Positions 33,303-42,984 of a stretch of 64,000 nucleotides of DNA are shown here, piece by piece. Both the position numbers and the translations under genes were made by a program. The DNA comes from Thermoanaerobaculia bacterium. Its GTDB lineage: Bacteria > Acidobacteriota > Thermoanaerobaculia > Multivoradales > UBA5704. The first letter of the stretch is position 1. Every line of letters begins with the position of its first letter. The DNA is taken from NCBI GenBank assembly GCA_035940855.1, contig DASZEM010000010.1, forward strand, positions 907 to 64,906, in the 5' to 3' direction. Below the pieces are notes generated by a model, which did not search any database, was not told the DNA's origin, and saw only the letters and a list, made by a program, of their open reading frames with translations.

Positions 33303-34664
33303 ATGCGTCATCTTACGGAAGAGACGGTACGGCGCCTGATCAACGGGGAGCTTTCCCGGGAAGAGCGGAATGAGTCTGTGAGACACCTTCTCACCAGATG
33401 TCCCCAATGTGTGCGGCTCGCTCAAAGCCTGGCAGCTAGCGCCGGCCTGATTTATTCCGGCGGTCGCTTCAGGAGACCACAGCCTGGAGGGAAGGAGCAG
33501 AAGAAGCTGGACTCCGTCTTCGAAAGGCTGGGAGTCAAGCAAAAGGAAATCCGGGCACGAATTCAACAAGAAAGGCTCGTGGCTGCCGGCCAATGGGCTT
33601 CTCTCCAAAAACATCCCCGCGCCAGGCAACTGGCACTGATTGATGCAGAACCCAGATTACACACCGGGGGTCTCTATGACACGATCCTGGAAGCGGCAAG
33701 GCAAACGGCAGCGATCAAACCCGAGCAGGCAATCGAGATCGCAGACCTTGCCCTGGCTGTGGCGATGTCTCTGGACGAAGAAATCTATGGGGAGAACCTG
33801 ATTGCCGATTTCAAATCCGGCGCTTTAGCCGTTCGGGGTAACTGCAAGCGGATTGCTGAAGACTTCGAGGGAGCGCAAGCAGACCTGGAAACGGCTTGGG
33901 AGTTGCTTGAGCAAGGGACAGGAGATGTCCTGGAAAGAGCTGGCGTCCTAAGCTTGAGAGGGTCGTGGAATATTGATCTAGGATTCTACAAGGAGGCCGA
34001 AGAGTTACTGGAAAAGGCTATCAACATCTACAAGCAAGCGGAGGATGACTCTATGGCAGGCCGAACGATGGTCAAGCAAGCTGAAGCGATCGGCTACCAT
34101 GATCCTGAGAGAGCGATCCCCCTCCTGGAAGAGGCGAGCGGATACATCAACTCCATCAAGGAACCTATGATCGAGCTGTGCATGCGGCATGCACTGGCTT
34201 GGTGCCTCAACGACACTGGGCAAACACAGGAAGCCTTGGGAGTGCTGGAGGATAGCCGGGGGCTTTACCGCAAATTTCGTAACCGAGCAATTCAATTCCG
34301 GTTGCACTGGCTAGAGGGCCGAATCAATCGAAGCCTTGGAAATTTGAGAGAAGCGGAAGAGATCTTCGAGAGGACGGCAACAAATTTCCTGGAAAGAGGA
34401 CTGCCTCAAGAATATCTTCTCTGCAGCGTAGATCTGGCTGAAGTGGTCTACACCCAGGGAGACCGTACGCGCACCCTTCAGATTTGCGATAGCCTGTACC
34501 GCTCTCTCGAATCCTGGCACATGCATACCGAAGGGCTGGCCGTTTTTCTTCTGTTCACTACCGCTCTGAGGGAGGACACCATCCAAGCAACGGCCTTTGA
34601 AGATCTCGCCCGCTACATTCGTCAGGCGTGGTACTTACCCCAAAGAAGCCTGAATGCTCACTGA
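33303..34664 (+). CDS. TPR-repeat protein with N-terminal anti-sigma-type zinc finger
   Basis: RHL..HLLTRCPQC (H-x-HxxxxCxxC-like); repeated AxxxLExA TPR helices; lower GC. Confidence 0.75.
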   Translation: MRHLTEETVRRLINGELSREERNESVRHLLTRCPQCVRLAQSLAASAGLIYSGGRFRRPQPGGKEQKKLDSVFERLGVKQKEIRARIQQERLVAAGQWASLQKHPRARQLALIDAEPRLHTGGLYDTILEAARQTAAIKPEQAIEIADLALAVAMSLDEEIYGENLIADFKSGALAVRGNCKRIAEDFEGAQADLETAWELLEQGTGDVLERAGVLSLRGSWNIDLGFYKEAEELLEKAINIYKQAEDDSMAGRTMVKQAEAIGYHDPERAIPLLEEASGYINSIKEPMIELCMRHALAWCLNDTGQTQEALGVLEDSRGLYRKFRNRAIQFRLHWLEGRINRSLGNLREAEEIFERTATNFLERGLPQEYLLCSVDLAEVVYTQGDRTRTLQICDSLYRSLESWHMHTEGLAVFLLFTTALREDTIQATAFEDLARYIRQAWYLPQRSLNAH

Positions 34665-34859
34665 TGGTACTGCCTGGACAAGCCGGCTCCGGGTTCAGTT
34701 CCCACTCCTGTCATTGACGGGAGGCCCACGCAACATCAATCCATGGAAGACCTGCGCGCCATCGCCGAATCAAACCCGCTCGTAGGTGGGCGTAAAATGC
34801 TCCCGTAGTCCCACAACCGGCCCGGATCGGCGGGAGCGGGTTCCATGGGGGCACCCGCC

Positions 34860-35268
34860 GTGAGCAAACGACCTTTTGACGTCGATGAGGCCTTCGCACG
34901 GATCGAGGAGGCCGTCCGTCCGTTTCCGAAAGCGGCGATGTTCGAGCTGACTGAGGAGGGCTTCGACTCTCCCTTCGAGCTGCCGGTCGCCTGCATCATC
35001 TCAATCCGCACCCTGGACGAGGTCACTCTGGTCTGCTCGCGGCGGCTGTTCGGGCTGGCCCGTACACCCGACGCCCTGGGCCGGCTCGCGCTGGGGGCGA
35101 TCGACGAAGCGATCGGCGTCAGCACTTTCCATGAAGCCAAGGCCCGGCAGATCCGGGAGATCGCCCGCCGCATCGTGGCGGAGCATGGGGGGAAGCTTCC
35201 ATGCCGGAATGACATTCCGGCTCTCGTTCGCGGGCGTGGGACCCAAGTGCGCCAACCTCGTGCGCTGA
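34860..35268 (+). pseudogene. endonuclease III (HhH-GPD) 5' remnant, frameshifted and truncated
   Basis: ACIISIRTLDE, FHEAKARQI, then shifted frame SFAGVGPKCANLV*. Confidence 0.75.
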
Positions 35269-35344
35269 ACGGGGGCTTGACTCCTGAATTCACTTCAAAG
35301 ATGATTATGGCATAGAAGTATAAATTCACAGGAGGGCTCCCCGC

Positions 35345-38300
35345 ATGGGCGACACCGGACGTTGGAAGGCCATTTCCGTTCTTCTGCTCCTTCTCCTCTC
35401 GGGCGTCGGGGCCTGGGCCCAGCCGGGGTTCCTGGTCAAGGACCTCAACACCACGCGGGCGGACGGCATTGTCTCTGAAGGCTGGAGCTTTCCCGCGGAC
35501 AATTTCGTCGCTGTGGGAGGGACGGTCTTCTTCGCGGCGTCCGATGGGATTCACGGCTCCGAGCCGTGGCGGAGCGATGGCACCGAGGCGGGCACCCGCC
35601 TGGTCGCGGACATCTGTCCCGGGGCCTGCGCCTCGACCCCGAAGAGCTTCGCGGTCGTCGGTGACACGGTCTTCTTCGTGGCCAACGACGGGTTTCATGG
35701 TCCGGAGTTGTGGAAAAGCGACGGTACCGCGGCTGGGACCGTCTTGGTCAAGGATCTGACGCCGACGAACCAGTACGTCTCAATCGGAGGTCTCGTGGGG
35801 GTCAACGGGGTGCTCATTTTCTCACGATGGAGCTTTGGTGAAACCGCGCTGTGGAGGAGCGATGGGACGGAAGCGGGAACCTTCCCTGTAGCGAATGTCA
35901 ATGTGGATTTCTTTCTCGAGCCGCAGGTCCGCCTCGGCGGAAAGCTCTTCTTCGCCGCCAGCGACAAGGACCATGGATGGGAGTACTGGACGACCGACGG
36001 GACCGCGGCTGGAACCGTCCTGCTCAAGGACATCGCCCTTGGTAAGGCCAATGGCGCCGCGCCTCAATATTTTCGGAGGGCGGCGGTGGCCGGCGGCAGG
36101 GTGTTCTTCACAGCGAGCGGACCCGAAGGCATGGAGCTGTGGGCGAGCGATGGCACCGAGGCGGGCACCGTCCTGGTCAAGGACATCACGCCGGGTTCAG
36201 GCAGCTCCTCCATCGAGAATCTGACCGCCTTGGGTGGAGAGGTCTTCTTCTTCCTCTCCACGAGTGGGCAGGACGAGCTTTGGGCGAGTGACGGCACGGC
36301 CGGCGGCACCCGGCCGGTCAAGGCGGTGCCCTGGAGCTCCACCTTTCTGACCACCGCCGGAGGCCGGCTTTTCTTCTTCTCGGACTGCGATCTGTGGACG
36401 AGCGACGGCAGCGCGGCGGGCACCGTCCTGGTGAGGGCCTCCGTCCGATGCTATCCGTCCTACCCTTTGATCGACAATGGCAAGGAGCTCCTGTTCTTCG
36501 GCGGCGACGGAGCTCACGGCTTGGAGCCGTGGAAAAGCGACGGCACCCCGGCGGGCACATCGCTCATCGCGGACCTCAATCCCGGCATCAACTCCTCGAC
36601 CGCCTCCGGGGGGGAGCCGGGCTTGTTCGTCGGCGGCCGCTGGTACTTCCGGGCCAAGGCAGGAGAGGGCACCGGAACTCAGCTCTGGACATCCGACGGC
36701 ACGGCGGCCGGCACGCGGATGCTGGAGATCAATCACCAGAAGTCCGGCATGGACTTGACCGACGGGGGCGATCTCCTGGGGCCGCGCGCTTTCTCTGACC
36801 TGGACGGAATCCTGCTTTTTCAGGGAGACGACGGCGTGAGGGGAGCCGAGCTGTGGAGGAGCGACGGCACAGCCGGCGGAACCTCTCTGGTGAAGGATCT
36901 CCGGCCCGGCCCTTACTCTTCCGCGCCGGGCGAGATCACCCCGGCGTGGGGCACCACGTACTTCCGTTCCGACGCCGGGCTGGGCGATGAGAAGCTGTGG
37001 AAGACGGACGGCACTCCCCAGGGGACCGAAATCGTCGTCGGCTTCGGACACTCCCCGGACGGTGGATTTCCGTTCTCTCCCAGGGATCTGACCCCGCTCG
37101 GCGCCGATCTCCTGTTCCTGGCGGGGCCTTACGGCCCCAACGACACTCTGTTGAAGACCGATGGCACCTGGCAAGGGACGGAGTTTATAGGGGGGTACTT
37201 CGACTACGTGGACTCTCTGGTCTCCCTGGGAGACAAGGCCCTCTTCCAGGTGGGCGGGAACGCCCTCTGGAAAACCGACGGCACCTCGCCCGGCACGGTA
37301 TCCCTGGGCACCCTCTTGCCTGCCGACCGGCCTTTGCTGGGCTCCTCCGCCGTTCGAGACGGGGTGCTCTTCTTCGCCGGGTCCACCCCTGAAACCGGCG
37401 AGGAGCTCTGGCGCAGCGACGGCACGCCGGCGGGGACCTATCTGCTCAACGAATTTGTTCCAGGGGCGGGATCGAAACGCCTGGGTCCGTTCGCCGTGGC
37501 GGGACCGGCCGTGTTCTTCGCGGCCGGAGGCAACGAGCTGTGGAAGAACGGCGCGGGAGGGACGAGCCTCGTGCGGGCGCTCCCGGCCGGGGATCCCGCC
37601 CTTGGGATCCGCTCGCTCACCGCGCTCGGAGAAAAGGTTTATTTCACCCACGACGACGGCGTGCACGGGGACGAGCTGTGGGTGAGCGACGGTACTGACG
37701 CCGGCACCCGCATGGTCGAGGACATCCTGCCCGGGCCGGGCTCTTCCCATCCCCGGCAGCTCCACGCCGAGGGCGCCCTCCTTCTGTTCTCGGCCTCGGA
37801 CGGCGTGCATGGCTTCGAGCCCTGGCGCAGCAACGGCACGGAGCTGGGGACGCGCATGCTCCAGGACATCGCTCCGGGAGATCTGCCTTCGAGCCCCACG
37901 GAGTTTACGGCTTCGGGGCCGAACGTCTACTTCGCCGCCAACGACGGCACGGCGGGCTTCGAGCTGTGGGCCTTCCCCCGGCCGTCCCTGCTCGCCACCT
38001 TCGCCGACGTCCCGGTCAGCCACTGGAGCTGGTCCTTCGTCGAGGCGCTCGTCGCGGCCAGGTTCACGGGCGGCTGCGCGCCGGACAGCTTCTGCCCCGA
38101 AAGGATGCTCACGCGGGCGGAAGTGGCCGTCTTCCTGGTGCGCGCGATCCATGGCCCGCTCTTCGTGCCGCCGGGGGGCGGCTCTCAATTCCAGGACGTG
38201 CCCGCCAGCCATTGGGCGGCGCCCTGGGTCGAGCAGATCGCCGCCGACGGCGTGATGGCCGGCTGCGGCGGCGCCAACTTCTGCCCCGAGGGCTTGGTGA

Positions 38301-38548
38301 ACCGGGCAGAGATCGCGGGACTTCTCTTGCGCGCCAAGCATGGGAGCGGGTTCGTCCCGCCACCGGCCATGGGCACCGTCTTCAACGACGTCCCCGCCAG
38401 CTACTGGGCCGCCAGCTGGATCGAGGAGCTCGCGGCCGAGGGCGGAACCATCGGCTGCGGCGGCGGGAACTACTGTCCGGAAGGCAGGCTCATCCGGGCG
38501 GAGATGGCCGTTTTCCTGACCCGGATGTTCGGCCTGCCGCGGCCGTGA
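35345..38548 (+). CDS. ELWxxDGT-repeat surface protein with C-terminal SLH-like repeats
   Basis: >12 ELW(R/K/A)SDGTxAGT repeats; FADVP..HW, FQDVP..HWA, FNDVP..YWA, RAEMAVFL. Confidence 0.9.
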   Translation: MGDTGRWKAISVLLLLLLSGVGAWAQPGFLVKDLNTTRADGIVSEGWSFPADNFVAVGGTVFFAASDGIHGSEPWRSDGTEAGTRLVADICPGACASTPKSFAVVGDTVFFVANDGFHGPELWKSDGTAAGTVLVKDLTPTNQYVSIGGLVGVNGVLIFSRWSFGETALWRSDGTEAGTFPVANVNVDFFLEPQVRLGGKLFFAASDKDHGWEYWTTDGTAAGTVLLKDIALGKANGAAPQYFRRAAVAGGRVFFTASGPEGMELWASDGTEAGTVLVKDITPGSGSSSIENLTALGGEVFFFLSTSGQDELWASDGTAGGTRPVKAVPWSSTFLTTAGGRLFFFSDCDLWTSDGSAAGTVLVRASVRCYPSYPLIDNGKELLFFGGDGAHGLEPWKSDGTPAGTSLIADLNPGINSSTASGGEPGLFVGGRWYFRAKAGEGTGTQLWTSDGTAAGTRMLEINHQKSGMDLTDGGDLLGPRAFSDLDGILLFQGDDGVRGAELWRSDGTAGGTSLVKDLRPGPYSSAPGEITPAWGTTYFRSDAGLGDEKLWKTDGTPQGTEIVVGFGHSPDGGFPFSPRDLTPLGADLLFLAGPYGPNDTLLKTDGTWQGTEFIGGYFDYVDSLVSLGDKALFQVGGNALWKTDGTSPGTVSLGTLLPADRPLLGSSAVRDGVLFFAGSTPETGEELWRSDGTPAGTYLLNEFVPGAGSKRLGPFAVAGPAVFFAAGGNELWKNGAGGTSLVRALPAGDPALGIRSLTALGEKVYFTHDDGVHGDELWVSDGTDAGTRMVEDILPGPGSSHPRQLHAEGALLLFSASDGVHGFEPWRSNGTELGTRMLQDIAPGDLPSSPTEFTASGPNVYFAANDGTAGFELWAFPRPSLLATFADVPVSHWSWSFVEALVAARFTGGCAPDSFCPERMLTRAEVAVFLVRAIHGPLFVPPGGGSQFQDVPASHWAAPWVEQIAADGVMAGCGGANFCPEGLVNRAEIAGLLLRAKHGSGFVPPPAMGTVFNDVPASYWAASWIEELAAEGGTIGCGGGNYCPEGRLIRAEMAVFLTRMFGLPRP

Positions 38549-38568
38549 GGTCCTGAGGGAGGACGGTC

Positions 38569-38644
38569 CTACTCGTACCGCAGCGCTTCGATGGGATCCA
38601 GCCGCGAGGCTTTCCGGGCGGGGTAGAACCCGAAGAAGATGCCG
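38569..38644 (-). pseudogene. duplicate of the last 24 codons of the MacB-type permease gene
   Basis: Encodes GIFFGFYPARKASRLDPIEALRYE*, the same peptide as 44801-44876, with synonymous differences. Confidence 0.85.
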
Positions 38645-38649
38645 CGGAA

Positions 38650-38951
38650 GTGCCGCCGGAGCCGCTGGCGGCTTCGGAATCCGGGCTGGTCACGGTGCTC
38701 GAATCGGGCGATCCGAACGAGATCGCCTTCGCGGAGGCCGTGCTGTCCGAGGCCGGGATCCCGTTCGTGAAGACGGGAGACGCCCTGCAGGAGCTGTTCG
38801 CCCTGGGGCGCCTCGGCTTCGGTTTCAACCCGTCGCGGGCCCCGTGACCCTTCAGGTCCCCGAGGAGCACGCCGAGGAGGCGGCCCGGATCCTGGAAGAG
38901 GCGGAGCCGGAAGAGCTGGCGGAAGAGGATCTCGAGGAGATGCCGAAGTGA
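38650..38951 (+). pseudogene. DUF2007-like signal-transducing protein, frameshifted
   Basis: EIAFAEAVLSEAGIPF; after a 1-nt shift at ~38830 it reads VAGPVTLQVPEEHAEEAARIL..MPK*. Confidence 0.6.
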
Positions 38952-39236
38952 GCTCGGAACCTCTGGCGGCCGAGGAGCCCCAAACCCTGGCGGAAGCTCC
39001 CGGCGCATCCCTCGGAGATCGAAGGCTCTGGCTCTGCGAGCTGGCCCTGGTGGTGGGTGTCGGCTTCCTGGCCCCGACCGTCGCCTCACTTATACCAGGG
39101 GACCTGGGCGGCGCTGATCAACGCCGGATCGTTTTTCGTGGCGTCCGTCTTCTACACGAGCACGCGGCGGGCCACACCTCTGATCATTGCTCACGCGCTC
39201 TATAATTTCTGGGTGTTCTCCCAGTGGACCTCCTGA
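38948..39236 (+). pseudogene. CPBP (CAAX/Abi) intramembrane protease remnant, N-terminus joined to C-terminus
   Basis: First TM (ELALVVGVGF) joined at ~39087, out of frame, to HLYQG..PLIIAHALYN..*; EExxFRG motif missing. Confidence 0.7.
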
Positions 39237-39338
39237 GCGGGAAATCCCGTCCGGCGTCCGTCTCCTTGGTAAGGCCGGAAGCTCAGCCAGTGCTGTGCCC
39301 TCCCAGCCAGGCTTTCAGATCTGAGGAGGTGCCATGGT

Positions 39339-40646
39339 ATGAGCAATGGAGACGAAACCTCCGTCGACGGCGAAGAGACAGGGAGGTACCTCATCTTCTT
39401 CCACCCGGAGGCGCTTCCGGACACGGCACGGATGGCCCGGAACGCCGCTGGAATAGCGATGACCGCGACGGCCGAAGATGCCGAGCTCGCCACGGCCTCA
39501 GAGGAGTGGAGGGAGACGGATACCGTGGTCGTGCCGGCCCTGGGCGTCGCGATTGCTTCCGCCGAACCAGAACAAGTGAGCCGCCTTCAAGGCGCCGGCG
39601 CACCCATACGCCATGTCCGCAAGGAATACATATTCCAAATCGCCAACCCTGACTTCGTGAGCGTTTCGACGGACTACCTGCGCGGCTATCAAGCAGGGGT
39701 CAATGCACTGGCGGCAGAGATCCTCGGCCGGACGCAGCAGGAAGTCGAGGCGGAGGTGCTCGATGCGGCGTCGTTCAGGGACAATGCAGACTTCACCTGG
39801 GGCCTGCAGGCCACCGGCGTGGACCGGGGCCGCCTCACCGGGAGCGGCGTCCGTGTCGCCGTGCTAGACACCGGGTTTGACATGCAGCATCCAGACTTCT
39901 TGACGCGTGGCATCGTGAGTCAGAGCTTCATTACGGGGGTTGAGCCGGCGCCGACGCCGCAGGACGACAACGGCCACGGGACACACTGTCTGGGCACCCT
40001 GGGTGGCCCCCGCATGCCAGGCCAGGCGCCGCGATATGGGATCGCCACGGACTCGCAACTGTTCGTCGGCAAGGTCATGAAGTCCAACGGCAAGGGGCGG
40101 GAGGGAGACATTCTGCACGGGATTGGATGGGCCCTTCAAAACAATTGCCGGATTGTTTCTCTGTCGTTGGGCAAGCCCGTGGCGAGAGGAGAGAGCCCGG
40201 ATACAGACTACGAAGAGATTGGTGCCGTCGCGCTCCGCAAGAACTGCCTGCTGATCGCGGCCGCTGGAAATGACAGTGACCGTCCGGGCTCGATCGAGCC
40301 GGTCGCCCTGCCGGCCAATTCAAGGACCATCCTGGCGGTAGGGGCCATTAACAGGCGTTTGGAGCTCTACCCCCGCTCGAATGGTGGTCTCAACCTGGAC
40401 GGAGGAGGAATCGACCTCGTGGGGCCCGGTGTGGAGGTCCGTTCAAGCAAGAGGCTCCCGATTCGTTATGGTAACGACACCGGAACGAGCATGGCCACGC
40501 CGCATGTCGCCGGGATCGCCGCTTTGCTGATGGAAGCGGACCCGGGAGCGACGGCAGAGCAGATCTGGACACGGCTGACACAAACCGCGAAACGTCTTCC
40601 ACTGCCCAGCAGTGACGTGGGGAGCGGCTTGGTCCAGGTGGTGTGA
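39339..40646 (+). CDS. S8 subtilisin-like serine protease without signal peptide
   Basis: Triad VAVLDTG / NGHGTH / GTSMATPHVAG; oxyanion AAAGND; acidic N-terminus. Confidence 0.92.
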   Translation: MSNGDETSVDGEETGRYLIFFHPEALPDTARMARNAAGIAMTATAEDAELATASEEWRETDTVVVPALGVAIASAEPEQVSRLQGAGAPIRHVRKEYIFQIANPDFVSVSTDYLRGYQAGVNALAAEILGRTQQEVEAEVLDAASFRDNADFTWGLQATGVDRGRLTGSGVRVAVLDTGFDMQHPDFLTRGIVSQSFITGVEPAPTPQDDNGHGTHCLGTLGGPRMPGQAPRYGIATDSQLFVGKVMKSNGKGREGDILHGIGWALQNNCRIVSLSLGKPVARGESPDTDYEEIGAVALRKNCLLIAAAGNDSDRPGSIEPVALPANSRTILAVGAINRRLELYPRSNGGLNLDGGGIDLVGPGVEVRSSKRLPIRYGNDTGTSMATPHVAGIAALLMEADPGATAEQIWTRLTQTAKRLPLPSSDVGSGLVQVV

Positions 40647-40669
40647 ACGACAGGAAGGAAGCTTTCGTC

Positions 40670-40921
40670 ATGGCTCGAAAAAAGATCAAGGTCCAAGCGG
40701 ACCATAGCTACATGGACCGGTTCGAAGAGGTGGCTCAGGGCCTCAAAGAGGCGGGCATGACCGTGCAGGATGAGATTACGCTCCTCGGCCATTTCCGAGG
40801 GCTGGCGGATGCCGGTGACATCGAGCGCCTGAAAGCCCTTCCCGGAGTCAAAAGCGTCGAAGTCACGGGAGAGGAGGGTGAAGAAGAGCAAGACGAGTAC
40901 TCCATCAGCGGCGAAGATTAG
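40670..40921 (+). CDS. small stand-alone subtilisin-propeptide (I9-like) protein
   Basis: Ferredoxin-like alpha/beta pattern ending LKALPGVKSVE plus acidic tail; alternative GTG 40643 overlaps the S8 stop. Confidence 0.65.
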   Translation: MARKKIKVQADHSYMDRFEEVAQGLKEAGMTVQDEITLLGHFRGLADAGDIERLKALPGVKSVEVTGEEGEEEQDEYSISGED

Positions 40922-40968
40922 TCGATCCCTGGAAATCCCACCACAACTTCTGGAGGCTGCAGAGGACC

Positions 40969-42006
40969 ATGGCACATGAACCGACAGCATCACCGAGCAC
41001 CCGGGAAGGCACGACCGAGGCTCAGGGACTCGTGGAAACCCTTCTGACTCAGTTGAGAGCGCTTGGGACAGGAGAAGAATCGTCTCGCTTTTTTCCGAAC
41101 GGCATCCAGTCCATCGACCTGGAAGTCGGGTTGCAGGGCACGGAGCGCCGGATTGCACTCAAGGTGACGGGTGGTTTCATTCCGGGCGGCTCGGTCGTTG
41201 GGGTCGCGGAGGTTGCCGAGGAAGAAGAAGATGCTTTCGAGCTCTTCTTCAACACAGAGGGACATCATGTGATTGCCGCAATCGCCAAGCGCGACCTGGA
41301 ATCCCGCTTTCCAGACGCCTGGCAGAGAGTGCAGGAAATTCTGGATGCCGGCGATCGAACCGTCGAAGAGGCGGCGACCTTCCCGGATGACATCCGCAGC
41401 CAACACCCCGAGACCAAGCCCTTTCACTTCATCGACATTCCTTTCGAAGACGGGGGGCCGGTGAACCCGCCGCTGCCGGGTCCGCCACACGTGCTCTCGA
41501 AGATCGACGAGTTCACGGATTTCCTGCGGGGAGGAGCGGGCACGGATCAGGAGAAGGTCGACGCGTTGAGCTGGTTGTTCCATCTGTTTGGCGACGTCCA
41601 CCAGCCGCTCCACTGCATCGAGCACATCAGCGAACTGCACCCTGGCGGGGACCGGGGCGGCAACTCCTTCAAGCTCAAGGGAAGGGCCAAGAACCTGCAC
41701 TCCCTGTGGGACAGCTCCGTGAATGTCTCGAGCCCGAAGGATCAAGACGAGCTGGTCGAGGAAATCATGCAGGAGCATTCGCGGGAAAGTCTGGACTCGG
41801 ATCTTCAGATCACCGATTCCGAGAAGTGGGCGCGTGCCAGTTACAACCTGGCGAAAAGGAGTGCCTATTCTCTTGAGGAGAATCCGCAGAATCCGCCGAA
41901 ACCTCCAGCGTCCTATCTGAGAAACATGGAGAAGATCGGTCACCGGCAGGCGGCTCTCGGTGGGTACCGGCTTTCGGATCGGTTGCTGAATCTTTTCGGT
42001 TCCTGA
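40969..42006 (+). CDS. S1/P1-family Zn nuclease with 93-aa non-signal N-terminal extension
   Basis: FNTEGH, FPDDIR, FHFID, HLFGDVHQPLH, GDRGGN, NLHSLWDS cover the P1 metal ligands. Confidence 0.88.
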   Translation: MAHEPTASPSTREGTTEAQGLVETLLTQLRALGTGEESSRFFPNGIQSIDLEVGLQGTERRIALKVTGGFIPGGSVVGVAEVAEEEEDAFELFFNTEGHHVIAAIAKRDLESRFPDAWQRVQEILDAGDRTVEEAATFPDDIRSQHPETKPFHFIDIPFEDGGPVNPPLPGPPHVLSKIDEFTDFLRGGAGTDQEKVDALSWLFHLFGDVHQPLHCIEHISELHPGGDRGGNSFKLKGRAKNLHSLWDSSVNVSSPKDQDELVEEIMQEHSRESLDSDLQITDSEKWARASYNLAKRSAYSLEENPQNPPKPPASYLRNMEKIGHRQAALGGYRLSDRLLNLFGS

Positions 42007-42068
42007 GCGCCTTGGGGTCAGATGCAGGGCCTGCTCCGGGGGGGCAGCCCGCGATAGACTGCGATCCC

Positions 42069-42611
42069 ATGAACGGTCCTGTCCTGATCCTCCCCGGCCT
42101 CTACAACTCCGGCCCCGAGCATTGGCAGAGCTATTGGGAAAAGGCACACCCCGAATTCCGCCGAGTGGAGCAGGACGACTGGGAGCGGCCCAGGTGCTCG
42201 GACTGGGTCGCCCGGCTGGAAGACGCCGTTCGCGAAGCCGGACCGGACACCGTGCTCGTCGGCCACAGCTCGTCCTGCGCCCTCGTGGCCCGCTGGGCGG
42301 AGACCACGGAGCAGCGAGTCAAGGGAGCGCTCCTCGTGGCCCCGAGCGATACGGAGGCACCCTCCTATCCAGAAGGCCCGGAAGGCTTCCAGCCCATGCC
42401 GCTCAACCGCCTGCCGTTCCCTTCGATCGTGGTGGCCAGCTCGGACGATCCCTACGTTACGCTCGAAAGGGCCCAGGAATTCGCCCGCGCCTGGGGCAGC
42501 GAATTCGTCAACATAGGTCCCACCGGGCACATCAATTCCGCCAGTGGGATGGGGGATTGGCCGGAGGGGTTTGTGTTGCTGGAGCGGTTGCGGACCTCTC
42601 CATGGACCTGA
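42069..42611 (+). CDS. RBBP9/YdeN-family alpha/beta hydrolase
   Basis: PGLYNSGPEHWQ, VGHSSSC, ASSDDPY, GHINSASG.GDWPEG. Confidence 0.88.
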   Translation: MNGPVLILPGLYNSGPEHWQSYWEKAHPEFRRVEQDDWERPRCSDWVARLEDAVREAGPDTVLVGHSSSCALVARWAETTEQRVKGALLVAPSDTEAPSYPEGPEGFQPMPLNRLPFPSIVVASSDDPYVTLERAQEFARAWGSEFVNIGPTGHINSASGMGDWPEGFVLLERLRTSPWT

Positions 42612-42902
42612 CGATCGATCCATTTACAGGCTGCATCCTTGGTCTCGCGACGGGGGACGCCCTGGGAGCGCCCTACGAAAGGCGGGCTCCTCGAGAGGCT
42701 GGTGTGGCGGATGATCGGACGGACTCGGGGCGACCGTCTTCGTTGGACCGAGCGCTTTGCCGCCAGCTATCGCTGGAGCCGTGGATACGGTCCGGGCGCG
42801 GCGCGGATTCTCAAGCGGATCCGACGAGGCGAGTCCTGGGAATCCGCGTCGAAGGCTGTCTATCCTGAAGGCTCGGGGCAGGGAGAGATGTGTTGGCCAT
42901 GA
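42602..42902 (+). pseudogene. ADP-ribosylglycohydrolase remnant with frameshift and internal deletions
   Basis: GCILGLATGDALGAPYE, then LRWT joined to ERFA..RGYGPG..YPEGS; catalytic TDD lost. Confidence 0.7.
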
Positions 42903-42984
42903 CGTTTGGAGACAGACCTTGAAGACTCGAACGTTGATGGCGGCAAGCAGTCTGTTCCTGGGCGGCGGGCCTCTTCGCGTCGCT

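Noticed and set aside
35345-38548. Internal repeats as DGR template/variable repeats
   Set aside because: They are ordinary ELWxxDGT protein repeats; no reverse transcriptase and no adenine-specific variation seen
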